A DNA stretch of 64,000 nt. Origin: an uncultured delta proteobacterium (GTDB taxonomy: Bacteria; Desulfobacterota; BSN033; UBA1163). The DNA is taken from the NCBI GenBank assembly GCA_963708295.1, contig CAVPSJ010000020.1:1-64000 (forward strand), given 5' to 3'. The position numbers were made by a program, and so were the translations under genes. Positions 51,648-62,962 of the stretch are shown one piece after another; the first letter of the stretch is position 1, and every line of letters starts with the position of its first letter. Below the pieces are notes generated by a model, which was not told the origin of the DNA, ran no database searches, and was given only the letters and a program-made list of their open reading frames with translations.

Positions 51648-51912
51648 ATGAAGAGAAAACTTGTCTGTCTCCTGCTCATTTGCTTCTCTCTTCTCCATCC
51701 TGGGACTTGCATTTCATCACCATGCGGATGGAGTCCCCCATGACAATTGCTCTATCTGCTCTTATGTCTCCCACCATTCAAATTTGGTCATTCAGGATTT
51801 TCCTCAAATTTCATTACTCTCTTCAAATGTTTTGTTCATCTCCGTGGAAAATACGGTCAACATCTCATGCCTATGTTACCATCCCTGTTCAAATCGAGCC
51901 CCTCCTGCATAA
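51648..51912 (+). CDS. DUF2946-like His/Cys-rich leader peptide with C-terminal RAPP (indel near 51690)
   Basis: MKRKLVCLLLICF, hydrophobic stretch, HHH, HDNCSIC, ending SNRAPPA*. Confidence 0.72.
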
Positions 51913-52050
51913 AGGACAAACCGGAATTTGATTCTTCAACGTGTACAGGACCATGTGATGTCATCCTCTCTCTTTCTCTTGTTGATGGATGCATGACAGG
52001 GGAATAATTCTATCTTAAATCGACAGTATCGAATGCATGGAGGAATCAAA

Positions 52051-53606
52051 ATGAAAACGATTCTTATCTCCATCATTATGTTCTTTGTCTTTTATTCCAT
52101 TGGGTTCGCCCAGACTTTGGAGGACCGCATCAAAATATTGGAAGAAACACTTAAAAAACAGGAGCAAACCATCAAAGAGCAACAAAAGCTCATTGAAGAT
52201 TTAAAGGCTGAGATGAAACAGGCAAAGCCTCCAGAACAACAGGTAGTAGCACAACCCAAGGAGACTCTCACCTCCTGCAGGGGCAGGAACCTCAGAAGAC
52301 ATCAACCCTTGAAAAAGTGAAGGAGGTCCTTCTCCCGAAAGAAGGAGAGCCCAAAAAGGACATTCTATCTTACCAGGTGGGCGGAGCGACAATGCGGCTC
52401 ATCGATGTTTCTTTCGATGGTCTGTTTGCCGCTGGAGCATCGACAGCAACAGACAACCAATTGCAAATCTTGCAGAATGGTGACCATGATCCAAGAAAAC
52501 GCGGTTTTACGGTACAGAATGTGGAGCTTTCTTTTATGGGGGCGGTCGATCCCTATTTCAATGCCGAGGCACACATTGTTTATCTCATTGATCCGATCAC
52601 CGGAGATTCACGGGTTGAGTTAGAGGAAGCCTTCTTTACCACACAAAAGTTGCCCTACGGGCTTCAGTTAAAGGGAGGTCAGTTCGTCACCGAGTTCGGG
52701 ATCATCAATTCGCAGCACCCCCATCAGTGGGATTGGCAGGATGCGCCGATCATCAATACGCGTCTCTTTGGCCCTGATGGGATGAGAGGCCCTGGATTCC
52801 GAGCGGGGTGGCTCACGCCTCTCCCGTGGTACTCTGAAGTCTACTTTGGCATGCAAAATGCCAATGGCGAAACAATGGCCAGCTTCCTTGCGAACAGAGA
52901 ATTTTTTGAAGAACGCCCTGTAGGGGGTCGGCCCTTTGTAGACCGGAGTGTCAAAAGTTTGCAAGACCTTGCCTACCTCGGCCGCTGGGTCAATTCATGG
53001 GACTTAAGTGATGAAGTGACCATGAAGCTGGGCTTTTCAGGGGCCTACGGTCCAAATGCAACAGGTTCTGATGGTCAGACTTGGATCTATGGTTCTGATC
53101 TCAAACTAAAATGGCGTCCGGTGAACAATTTTCGGGGATGGCCCTTCCTTCTGCTGCAATCGGAAGTCATGGGGCGTAATTACCGGGCAGACAGTTTCTT
53201 AAGTCCAGGACCCGACGGGATTTTTGGAACTGGTGATGATATTAGGCTACCACATGAAACGCTTAAAGACTGGGGATTTTATTCCCAGTTGCTCTGGGGA
53301 TTCCGGAATAATTGGGCAACGGGAATCCGATTTGAATATGTCAGTGGAAGCGGAAATAGCGTTAACGTTGATTTCCTAACGGGGACGGTAAACGTGCTGT
53401 CCAGAAACCAAGATCCTTTCCGGGACAACCGTTACCGCATCTCTCCTCTGCTCGTGTGGCAGCCCACAGAATTCTCACGCTTTCGACTCCAATATAACTA
53501 CGATCATAATAAAGAGGTACTCCCAGGCTTCAGCCATCGGGCTGCCTCTTCTGTGTGGTTAGGGGCCGAAATCATGCTCGGTGCCCATGCGGCCCATAAG
53601 TACTAA
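52051..53606 (+). CDS. Outer-membrane beta-barrel metal receptor/porin (indels at about 52265-52310)
   Basis: Signal peptide, coiled coil, HDP..RGF, GAVDPYF, HPHQW, TEFSRFRLQY, C-terminal GAHAAHKY. Confidence 0.8.
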
Positions 53607-53623
53607 ACGAAAGGAGTGACTTC

Positions 53624-54687
53624 ATGCGAAATTCACTTTTGATAATTGCCACATGCCTTGTCGGGCTGTTTCTCCTTTTTCCGTCGATATTCCATGTCCC
53701 TTTATCCATGCCCAGGGGGCCTCCAAACCCCTCCAGGTCTGTGCCACAGTTCCAGATCTGGGGAACCTCGCACAGGAAATAGGGGGTGACCAGGTTAAGA
53801 TTACCGTCTTCGCCAAAAGCCAGGAAGATCCCCACTTCGTCGAGGCCAAACCCAGCTTCATCAAGGCCTTGAGTCAGGCAGACCTCTTTCTCCAGATCGG
53901 TATGGAGTTGGAGATCGGATACGCCCCTGTCCTCCTGCAGAATGCCAGAAATAGCCGGGTCCTCGTCGGAGCCCCGGGGTATGTGGATTGCTCTAAGGTG
54001 ATAACCCCCATGGAGGTTCCAACAGGGATTGTGGATCGTTCCATGGGCGATGTCCATCCTTTAGGGAATCCCCATTACTTATTGGATCCATTGAATGGTC
54101 TCCTCGTTGCTCGGCTGATCAGGGACAGGCTTATAGAACTCCGGCCGGAGAAGAAGGCGTTCTTCGAAGAACGCTATACGATGCTCTACCGCAAAATGGG
54201 CGACGCACTGGTAGGAGAGAAGTTGGCCCGAAAATACGAATTTGAAAAATTAGCCATTTTATACGAGGAAAGGAAGCTCGAGCCTTTTCTTAAGGACCAG
54301 AAGGAAGAAGGTTCGCTCGGAGGTTGGTTGGGGATGATGCTTCCCTACCGGGGAAGCAAGGTTGTTGCTGACCACAATCTGTGGCCTTATTTTGCTCGAA
54401 GATTTGGCATTTCATTGGTTGGTTTTCTTGAGCCAAAGCCCGGGATTTCCCCCACCACGAAGCATCTCCAGGCTTTGGTAGAGCAGATGAAGGCTGAAAG
54501 GGTTAAGGTCATTTTATCTTCACCTTACTTCGAGATTCGCTATGCTCAGTTCGTGGCAAAAAATACGGGTGCTAAAATTGTTCTCTTCGCCCATCAGGTG
54601 GGTTCGCGCCCGGGAACAGATAGTTATATCCGGATGATTGATTATAATGTCCGGGAACTGGCGAGGGTTTTGGGAACCCAATCCTGA
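53624..54687 (+). CDS. Zn/Mn-type ABC transporter substrate-binding protein (N-terminal indel)
   Basis: EDPHFVE, GDVHPLGNPHYLLDP, EPKPGISPT..H. Confidence 0.88.
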
Positions 54688-54773
54688 TGTTGCCAACTCT
54701 TCCCAGGTGTGCAATGATGGATGTCAAGGGCCGTGTCTAAGAAGTATAGCCGAAGGAATGGATCAGTGGGAAA

Positions 54774-55544
54774 ATGGAGAATGATCAAGTCGTCCTCGAA
54801 GTAAGCGGGCTATCGTTAGCTTATGGCAGAAGAACGGTTCTCCGGGAAGTCAATCTGCGGGTGATGGCCGGCGAATTCTGGTTCTTCCTCGGACCCAACG
54901 GTGTCGGCAAAACCACTCTTGTCAAGGCCTTGCTTGGGATGCTGCCTATCCAGGAGGGGAAGATTTTTCTCAATCCCAGTTTAGCCAGCCGGGAGTTGAT
55001 TGGATTCGTTCCCCAGCGTTGCGATCTCAATCCCACGTTGTCTACGACGGTGAGCGAGTTCGTGCTCCTGGGCCTTACCGGTTTGCGGATGAAGAGGAAG
55101 GAGACGCTCGAACGGCTTGCTTGGGCCCTTGAGAAGATGAATCTCGAAGACATGAGAATGAGGAACTACTGGTCCCTTTCAGGCGGACAGCGTCAAAGGG
55201 CTCTGGTCGCCCGGGCTCTGGTGCGGCGGCCAAAACTCCTCATCGCCGACGAAGCGACGAAAGACCTGGACCTTTCTACCACCATTGCGCTCATGCAATC
55301 TTTAGCCGGTCTCAATCGAAACGAAAATCTCACCGTTCTTTTCATAACCCATGATCTGCCCTTGGCGGCCCGTTTCTGTACCCACACGGCTCTCTTCATC
55401 AATGGTTTCGTCCGATCTGGAAGCTGTCAGGTCGTATTAAACTCGGAAGACCTCGAAAGGGCCTATGGGGTCCCTGTATGGATTCACCAGGACCCCACGG
55501 GCGCCCTGAGCGTCCATATCGACGGAAGTGGGACACCTCCATGA
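54774..55544 (+). CDS. Metal ABC transporter ATP-binding protein
   Basis: GPNGVGKT, LSGGQRQR, ADE, THD. Confidence 0.92.
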   Translation: MENDQVVLEVSGLSLAYGRRTVLREVNLRVMAGEFWFFLGPNGVGKTTLVKALLGMLPIQEGKIFLNPSLASRELIGFVPQRCDLNPTLSTTVSEFVLLGLTGLRMKRKETLERLAWALEKMNLEDMRMRNYWSLSGGQRQRALVARALVRRPKLLIADEATKDLDLSTTIALMQSLAGLNRNENLTVLFITHDLPLAARFCTHTALFINGFVRSGSCQVVLNSEDLERAYGVPVWIHQDPTGALSVHIDGSGTPP

Positions 55545-56401
55545 TTCAAAGTTTTCTCTCATCCTGGGCCCTTTTTCACCAGAGCTATCTGACCGGATGG
55601 CTGATCTGCCTCCTGCTGTCCATCATCGGCGTTTTGGTCGTCGCCCGAGATCAAATCTTCATCGGGGCTGCCGTTTCCCAGGCATCAACGCTCGGGATAG
55701 CCCTCACGATGTGGGCAGCCCTTGTGTTTCAATTAGAACGGTTTCCATGGTTTCAATCAGACGTCTTCTTCTCCGCCATGGCAGTGATCTTCTCCATTCT
55801 GGCTGCGTCGATCACAGGCCGGGGAGGCGAAACCGGGAAAGAGAGCCACGAAGCCATTACAGGTTGGGTCTTCCTTATTTCAGCCAGCCTTTCCATTCTC
55901 ATCGTTTCCCATAGTCCCCATGGACTGGAAGAAATCCATCGGCTTCTTTCGTCCAGCATCATCGGGGCAACAACCTCCGATATCTGGACCTTTAGCCTCC
56001 TCACTCTCCTTACGGCTCTCCTGATCCTCCTCTTCTATCGGAAGATTCTCCTATTTACGCTCGATCCTTCGATGGCATCAGCCATAGGCATGAAAATGAA
56101 GATCTGGGGGCTGGCTACTTCAGCCTGGCTGGGGCTTGCCATAGGACTCTCGATCCGGGCCTCCGGGATGCTCTATACCTTCGGATGCCTCGTTCTTCCG
56201 GCTCTCGTGGCAAAGAATCTATGTCGGGAGGTGCGATACATGTTTCTGGTGGCACCTATCGTTGCTGTAGGAACCGGTGCCATCGGTTTTTTGTTAGCCA
56301 ATCAATATGATTACCCGCCAGGACAGATGACCGTCGCCTTGTTTTGTTTAGGGCTGACCATCGCATGGATTTTTCGAAGGGTGAGGAAAGCAAAAAGCTG
56401 A
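55541..56401 (+). CDS. Metal ABC transporter permease (ZnuB-like)
   Basis: FIGAAVSQ..G, FTLDP..A..G, YDYPPG; multiple TM helices. Confidence 0.88.
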   Translation: MIQSFLSSWALFHQSYLTGWLICLLLSIIGVLVVARDQIFIGAAVSQASTLGIALTMWAALVFQLERFPWFQSDVFFSAMAVIFSILAASITGRGGETGKESHEAITGWVFLISASLSILIVSHSPHGLEEIHRLLSSSIIGATTSDIWTFSLLTLLTALLILLFYRKILLFTLDPSMASAIGMKMKIWGLATSAWLGLAIGLSIRASGMLYTFGCLVLPALVAKNLCREVRYMFLVAPIVAVGTGAIGFLLANQYDYPPGQMTVALFCLGLTIAWIFRRVRKAKS

Positions 56402-56701
56402 ACGAGGGTTGGCTTAAACTTTTTTTGTTTATTTTCTTTTAACTTGAAATTCTGCCTGTATCCGCAAAAGAGGGAAAGGGTTGCGATTGTTGGAGCCCTA
56501 ATGTAGGGGGGAATGTTCTTTTCGAGAAGGCTCACCGGGACCTGTGTGACGGTATCAAATTATCCCAGGACCACGGGAAAAGTATCTTGCGGAAAAGGAA
56601 ACCCTGGGGGCGAGATCTTCGCGGTAATCAATAGTCCGGGGATGAATTCCTTTCCTCGCAGCACTGAAAAGGAACAGGTAGCCCGCTTCATCTAAAAGAG
56701 A

Positions 56702-56748
56702 GGCCTAACGTGTGTCCTCCACGTGGTCGATGCCAAGAACCTACGGCC
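56702..56748 (+). ncRNA. Candidate cis-regulatory RNA (riboswitch-like) in the 5' UTR of a transporter gene
   Basis: GGCC-TAAC, ACGTG/CACGT hairpin, GGTCGATGCCAAGAACC, closing GGCC, 30 nt upstream of the ATG. Confidence 0.4.
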
Positions 56749-56777
56749 CTGAGTCCAGAGTCAAAAGGAGGTTTAAG

Positions 56778-57615
56778 ATGAAAGGGCTAAAGAGGTTCTT
56801 GGAAATTCGTCGGTCTGCTGCTGGTTATTCTATCCGGGATGTCAGTTCCATCCTTCGCGGAAGAAAAGGAGAGCAAAGAAACGAAAAAGATTCAGGACAA
56901 CTCTTTCTTGATTGAGGAAGCATACAATCAAGAGCCGGGGGTCATCCAGCATATCCAAACATTTCAGTATATGAAAGACGGAACATGGGGGTACACCTTC
57001 ACGCAGGAATGGCCAATCAAAGGACAGACGCACCAGTTTTCCTACACCATTCCAGTCTCTCATTTGACTGATCCAGGGCGAACCGGTATGGGTGACGTGG
57101 CTCTGAACTATCGGTATCAGCTTATCAATAAAGAAAGGATTGCGATGGCTCCCAGATTCTCCCTGCTGCTCCCCACCGGAAGTGTCAAGAAGGATTTTGG
57201 CAGGGGTACCGTGGGGTTTCAGACAAACATCCCGCTCAGCTTAGAGCTTTCCGACAAATGGGTGACTCACTGGAACATGGGAGTGACATTTACGCCGAAT
57301 AGAAAGGGACCGGATGGAGGAAAGGCCAACACCTTCGACTTCAATGCGGGAGCAAGTGTGATCTACCTGTTGTCAGAAAACTTGAACCTGATGCTCGAAG
57401 CGGCTTGGAATTCCAACCAATCTGTTGAAGCGAATGGGACAAGAGAGATAAACTATACATTCTTTATCAATCCGGGGGTTCGTTACGCGATCGACTTTAA
57501 ATCAGGCCTTCAGATTGTGCCTGGGGTTGGCTTTCCAATTGGGGTGGGACCTTCCCGGAATGAATATGGTGTATTTTTATACCTCTCTTTTGAGCATCCA
57601 TTATCATTATTCTAG
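56778..57615 (+). CDS. Outer-membrane transporter (MetA-pathway/phenol-degradation-like barrel; N-terminal indel)
   Basis: SD AAGGAGG, IQDNSFLIEEAYNQEPGVIQH, GDVALNYRYQ, LPTG, YLSFEHP. Confidence 0.8.
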
Positions 57616-57639
57616 CAGAAAAAATTGTCCGCCTCCAGA

Positions 57640-57814
57640 TTTCAGGCATGACACGGGCACGGAGTTCGATCTGCCTATCTCTTACAAGTTGACCAAGGGA
57701 ATATCTTTCATCGTGGGGCTAGAAAAGTTCTATACGGGCCGCTTTTTCGAGCAGGCTTCTGGAAGCAAAAGAAACATCGAGTATGCTTATATCCAGGCTC
57801 AAGTGGAGTTTTAG
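57640..57814 (+). pseudogene. C-terminal remnant of an alginate-export-like beta-barrel
   Basis: RHDTGTEFDL..YK..F.TG.F..YAYIQAQVEF*, ending in Phe, with no start. Confidence 0.5.
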
Positions 57815-58115
57815 CGGGCTGAATAAAGGAAACGCTCCTCGGTTGTGTTGCAGATGCAAAGAGGAACGGTTTAAGTTCTACAAAGGATTTCAGGCACCCA
57901 TTTCAGCTAGGATGGGGTTCAACCTGCCTTTATGGACTGCAAAACGAAATAGTCTGGATTTCTCAATAGAAAATACTGTTTCACCCCATTCAAGAATGGA
58001 GCTATTTGGATCAAAATGATTCTAATCCTGTAAGGACAGTCCCCTGGGGAGAACAGTAATTCGCGTGGAATTCTGGATTTTGCGTTTGAATACTTTTTCA
58101 TGAGGTCCGTGAAAC

Positions 58116-60160
58116 ATGCCCCGTGATATCCCTGTAGGAAATGGGACGTTGCTGATCACGTTTGATCAGGATTACTGCCTGAGAGATATTTATTATCCCT
58201 TTGTCGGGAAAGAGAATCATACGGATGGACATAAGTTCAGATTGGGGGTCTGGGTCGATGGCAAGTTCGATTGGGTCAAGAGCGACTGGGGGCTCCGTCT
58301 CGATTATGCCTATGAAATGCTGATGACCCAGGTGACCGCATCCAATGATCCTCTCGGAGTCAGTCTTCACTGCCATGATATGGTAGACTACAGAGAAAAC
58401 ATCTATATCAAGAAGATCCTTCTGAAAAATCTCGTCAATCGAGAAAGGGAGTTTCGCCTCTTTTTCCACCATGACTTTCATATCCTCGAATCTCCGGCGG
58501 GAGATACGGCCTATTACGATCCTGATGAGAAGGCCATCATCCATTATAAAGAAAACCGCTATTTCTTGATGAGCGGCATACGGAATCAACAACAGGGGAT
58601 AGACCAGTATGCAACCGGAATAAAGGAGTTTCACGGGCTGGAAGGCACGTGGAAGGATGCTGAAGATGGAAGGCTCGAAGGAAGTCCCATTGCACAGGGT
58701 TCCGTGGACTCCACCCTGTCTTTTTCGATAAACGTCAAACCCGAGGGAGAGCAAACGATCTATTACTGGATGGCGGCAGGAAAGGACTATACTGAAGTGA
58801 GCCGGCTAAATAAGATGATTATGGGCCATGGGGCAGAATATTTTATCAGGCGGACAGGCAATTACTGGAGTGCCTGGTTAAACAAGGAAAAGATCTATTT
58901 CTCAAATCTTCCAGCAAAGATTGTTGAGCAATATAAGAAGAGCCTCCTGATATTAAGGACGAATATTGATTCCAATGGAGCCATCATTGCAGGAAATGAT
59001 TCGGACATTCAGCATTTTGCAAGGGATACCTATAGTTATATGTGGCCGAGGGATGGAGCCCTGACTGCCCATGCCCTGGATATGGCGGGTTATCTCGGAA
59101 TCACACGACATTTTTTTGATTTCTGCCTCAATATCATCAGTAAGGGTAAAGAATCCTCAGGATATTTCCTCCATAAATATAACCCCGATGGTTCTCTCGG
59201 GAGTTCATGGCATCCATGGGTCAACGCTCATGAAAAAATACTGCCGATCCAGGAGGATGGGACAGGGTTGGTCGTCTGGGCGTTGTGGTTCCATTTTGAT
59301 AGATTCAGGGATATCGAATTTACTGCCAAGCAGTATGAAAATCTTGTGATCCGGTGTGGAGACTTCCTCGCATCGTATCAGAGACGGTAAAACGGGACTT
59401 CCGCTTCCATCCTACGACCTGTGGGAAGAAAAATGGGGGATCCACACCTTCACCGTATCAACGGTCTACGCCGGAATTCGAGCCGCAGAGAAATTCGCCA
59501 GTCTCTTCAAAGATGACAAGGAGAATCAAGATATACCAGAAGGCAGCAGAGGAAGTGAAGGCAGCCATGGATCAATACCTCTACAGCGAAGAGCATGGGA
59601 GGTTTTTAAAAACCATCGTCCCCAGAAAGGATGGTTCTTTTGATTTAGATCTTACCATCGATGCCAGTATTTATGCCCCCTTCTATTTTGGCGTCTTCGA
59701 ACCGGATGATGAAAAGGTTGTCAATACCATGAATGCCATCAAAGAAAGGCTCTGGGTAAAAACGGAGGTCGGCGGAATAGCAAGATACGAAGGGGATCGC
59801 TATCATCAGGTCAGCGATAATATCCAGGATGTCCCGGGAAATCCATGGCTCATATGCACTCTCTGGCTTGCCCAGTGGTATATCGCTAAGGCGCAGACTT
59901 TAGAGGAACTCCAGGAAGCGATCCCGATTCTTGAATGGGTTGCCTCAAGGGCTTTGCCCTCGGGAGTTCTTGCCGAGCAGGTTCACCCCTTTACCAATCA
60001 ACCCCTTTCTGTATCACCCCTCACATGGAGTCATGCAGCATTTGTAACAACCGTCCTTGAATACCTGAATAAGGTGGGGGAGGTTGATATCTGTCCAAGT
60101 TGTGGAAATCCAATGGACAGCCATGAGCATGAAGGTGAAAAGGAGCGCCACCTTTCATGA
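58116..60160 (+). CDS. GH15 glycoside hydrolase (glucoamylase/trehalase-like; indels near 59380 and 59520)
   Basis: YSYMWPRDG, GSSWHPW, QEDGTG, DLWEE, GIARYEGD, LAEQV, SPLTWSHA. Confidence 0.9.
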
Positions 60161-60175
60161 TGGGGAGGTAAAAAT

Positions 60176-60397
60176 ATGGCAAAAGTGGAAGACAATTATG
60201 AAAATGAAACCATCTGTATTAAATTTTGTGGAGTGTGTCCAACCTATCCCGGTGTTAAAAGTGAGCTATTATTCTGCGCCAGAGGAAAAAGCCGTTCACC
60301 CAAACAGAAATCAGGGTGTAATTGCGGTACGTGTGATATCTGGGACAAATACGATTTGACCGATTTTTACTATTGCATTGAAGGAGCAGCAGAATAG
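60176..60397 (+). CDS. DUF2769-like Cys-rich small protein
   Basis: [28 protein letters not shown]. Confidence 0.75.
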   Translation: MAKVEDNYENETICIKFCGVCPTYPGVKSELLFCARGKSRSPKQKSGCNCGTCDIWDKYDLTDFYYCIEGAAE

Positions 60398-60401
60398 CGA
60401 A

Positions 60402-62471
60402 ATGAAGAACCTTGACGAGCTCTGCATCAACACGATTCGGATGTTATCCGTGGACATGGTCCAGCAAGCCAACTCAGGACATCCGGGAATGCCGATGGGG
60501 GCGGCCCCCATGGCCTATGTCTTCTGGACCAGATTCTTAAGACACAATCCGAATCATCCCAAATGGCCCGATCGTGACCGTTTTGTCCTCTCGGCCGGTC
60601 ATGGCTCGGCACTTCTTTACTCGCTTTTGCATCTCACGGGATACGATTTGCCTATGGAAGAATTGAAACGATTCAGACAATGGGGAAGTAAGACCCCCGG
60701 GCACCCTGAGCATGGAGAGACGCCGGGGGTTGAATCTACCACAGGTCCTCTGGGACAGGGATTCGGAAACGGCGTGGGCATGGCCATCGCCGAGCGTTTT
60801 CTGGCGGCCAGGTTTAATCGTCCGGGGCACGAGATCGTCAATCACTACACCTATGCCATCGTGAGCGACGGAGATTTGATGGAAGGGGTCGCTTCTGAAG
60901 CGGCTTCCTTAGCCGGACACTTCAAGATTGGGAAAGTTGATTTATCTTTACGACAATAACGCCATCACCCTCGCCGGAGAGACGAAGCTGACCTTTACGG
61001 AAGATGTGGGCAAACGTTTTGAGGCCTATGGCTGGCATGTCCAGAGGATCGATGATGGAAATGACGTTGAGGCGATTTCAAAAGCAATCTCAGCGGCTCA
61101 AAATGAAACGGTTCGCCCCTCCCTCATCTCGATTCGGACCCACATCGGTTACGGCAGCCCCCACAAGCAGGATACGTTCGAGGCCCACGGATCTCCTCTC
61201 GGCCCTGACGAGGTCATTGCAACGAAGAAGAACCTCGGGTGGCCCCTTGAGCCGACGTTTTATATCCCGGAGGAGGCTCTGGCCCATTTCAGAAGCGCCG
61301 TTCCGTAAAGGGAGCACAGCTTGAGGAAAAATGGAAGGCCGAGACTGGAGTCCTACGGAAAGGCTTATCCAGAGCTTCGGAAGGAATGGGATCAATGGAT
61401 GAACTCAATCCTTGCCGGAGGGCTGGGATAAGGATATTCCTATCTTTCCCCCGGACCCGAAAGGACTCGCCACGCGGGCTGCCGGAGGTCAGGTGATGAA
61501 TGCCATCGCTTCCACGTCTCAATTTTTTAATCGGAGGCTCGGCAGATTTAAATCCTTCAACCAATACGGTATTGAAAGGGAAAGGAAATTTTCAACCCCC
61601 CGGGTCCGGTGATGGAAGCTATTCAGGGCTCCGTATCCGGTTCATGGGGATATGAAGGGGCCAACGTTGCCTTTGGTGTAAGAGAACATGCCATGGGAAG
61701 CATCCTCAGTGGCATGGCTCTTCACAGGGGGCTGCTTCCCTATCGGGAGCACCTTCTTCGTCTTTTCAGACTATATGAGGCCCGCGATCAGGCTTGCCGC
61801 TCTGATGAAACTCCATGTCATCTATATCTTCACCCATGACTCCATTGCCGTCGGAGAAGACGGGCCGACCCATCAGCCCGTGGAACAACTCTTCAGTCTC
61901 AGGGCCATCCCGAGCCTAACGGTGATCCGGCCCGCAGATGCGAATGAAACGGCTGAGGCATGGAGAATAGCCGTTGAGAATAAGAATGGACCTACCGCGA
62001 TCATCCTGACCAGACAGAATGTCCCGGTGATAGACCGGGGAAGGTTTAGCCCGGCGACGGGGCTCAGAAAGGGGGCTTATATCTTGTCTGATTCGTCCTC
62101 TGGCAAGCCGGAGGTGATCTTGATCGCAACGGGTTCAGAGGTTCATCTCGCTCTGGAGGTTCAGGAGAAGCTTCTGGCGGAGGGCGTAAAAACCCGTGTG
62201 GTCAGCATGCCTTCCTGGGAACTTTTTGAACAACAACCGGAAGACTATCGCCAGGAAGTCCTGCCGCCGGATGTTACCAAAAGGGTGTCTATTGAAGCAG
62301 GAGTTACCCTGGGTTGGCATCGATATGTCGGGAGGGAGGGAGAGATCATCGGCATCGATCATTTTGGAGCCTCGGCTCCCGGGAACATCCTTCTAAAAGA
62401 GTTCGGTTTTACATCCGATCAATATACTGAACAGAGTGAAGACTCTTTTGGCAAAAAAGAAAGGGAGATGA
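60402..62471 (+). CDS. tkt: Transketolase (several indels)
   Basis: [63 protein letters not shown]; probable true end ..KKKGR-TGA at 62469-71. Confidence 0.92.
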
Positions 62472-62962
62472 GAATGGCCATTGCCATCGCCGCAGACCAT
62501 GCCGGATTCTGTTTGAAGTTGCTTATTGTAGAGTTTTTAAAAAACCTCGGACATGATATCGTGGACCTCGGGACTCAAAGCGAAGAACCCGTGGATTATC
62601 CTGACTACGCCCGGGCGGTGGCGCAGGAGATCCTGAGCCGAAGAGTGGAAAGAGGAATCCTGATCTGCGGAAGCGGAGTAGGAGCCTGTGCGGCGGTCAA
62701 CAAGTTTCCCGGCATACGGGCGGCCATTTGCCATGATACCTTTTCGGCCCACCAGGGTGTTGAGGATGATGATCTGAACGTCCTCTGCCTCGGCGCAAGG
62801 GTAATCGGACCTGAGCTCGCGAAAGAGATCGTTCGTGTTTGGCTCTCAGCAGCATTTTCAGGGGCGGAGAGGCACCGCCGGAGACTGGCCAAGATTGACC
62901 AGATAGAAAAAGAATTCATGAAAGCAGGACGAAAGAAACGTGGGGAGGTGGACGATGAATAA
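62468..62962 (+). CDS. rpiB: Ribose-5-phosphate isomerase B
   Basis: [30 protein letters not shown]; ATGA overlap with the tkt stop. Confidence 0.92.
   Translation: MRMAIAIAADHAGFCLKLLIVEFLKNLGHDIVDLGTQSEEPVDYPDYARAVAQEILSRRVERGILICGSGVGACAAVNKFPGIRAAICHDTFSAHQGVEDDDLNVLCLGARVIGPELAKEIVRVWLSAAFSGAERHRRRLAKIDQIEKEFMKAGRKKRGEVDDE

Noticed and set aside
61688-62962. Apparent transketolase C-terminus / RpiB fusion ORF
   Set aside because: One indel near 62420 restores a normal tkt end ([19 protein letters not shown] 62471) overlapping the rpiB ATG at 62468; most likely an artefact.
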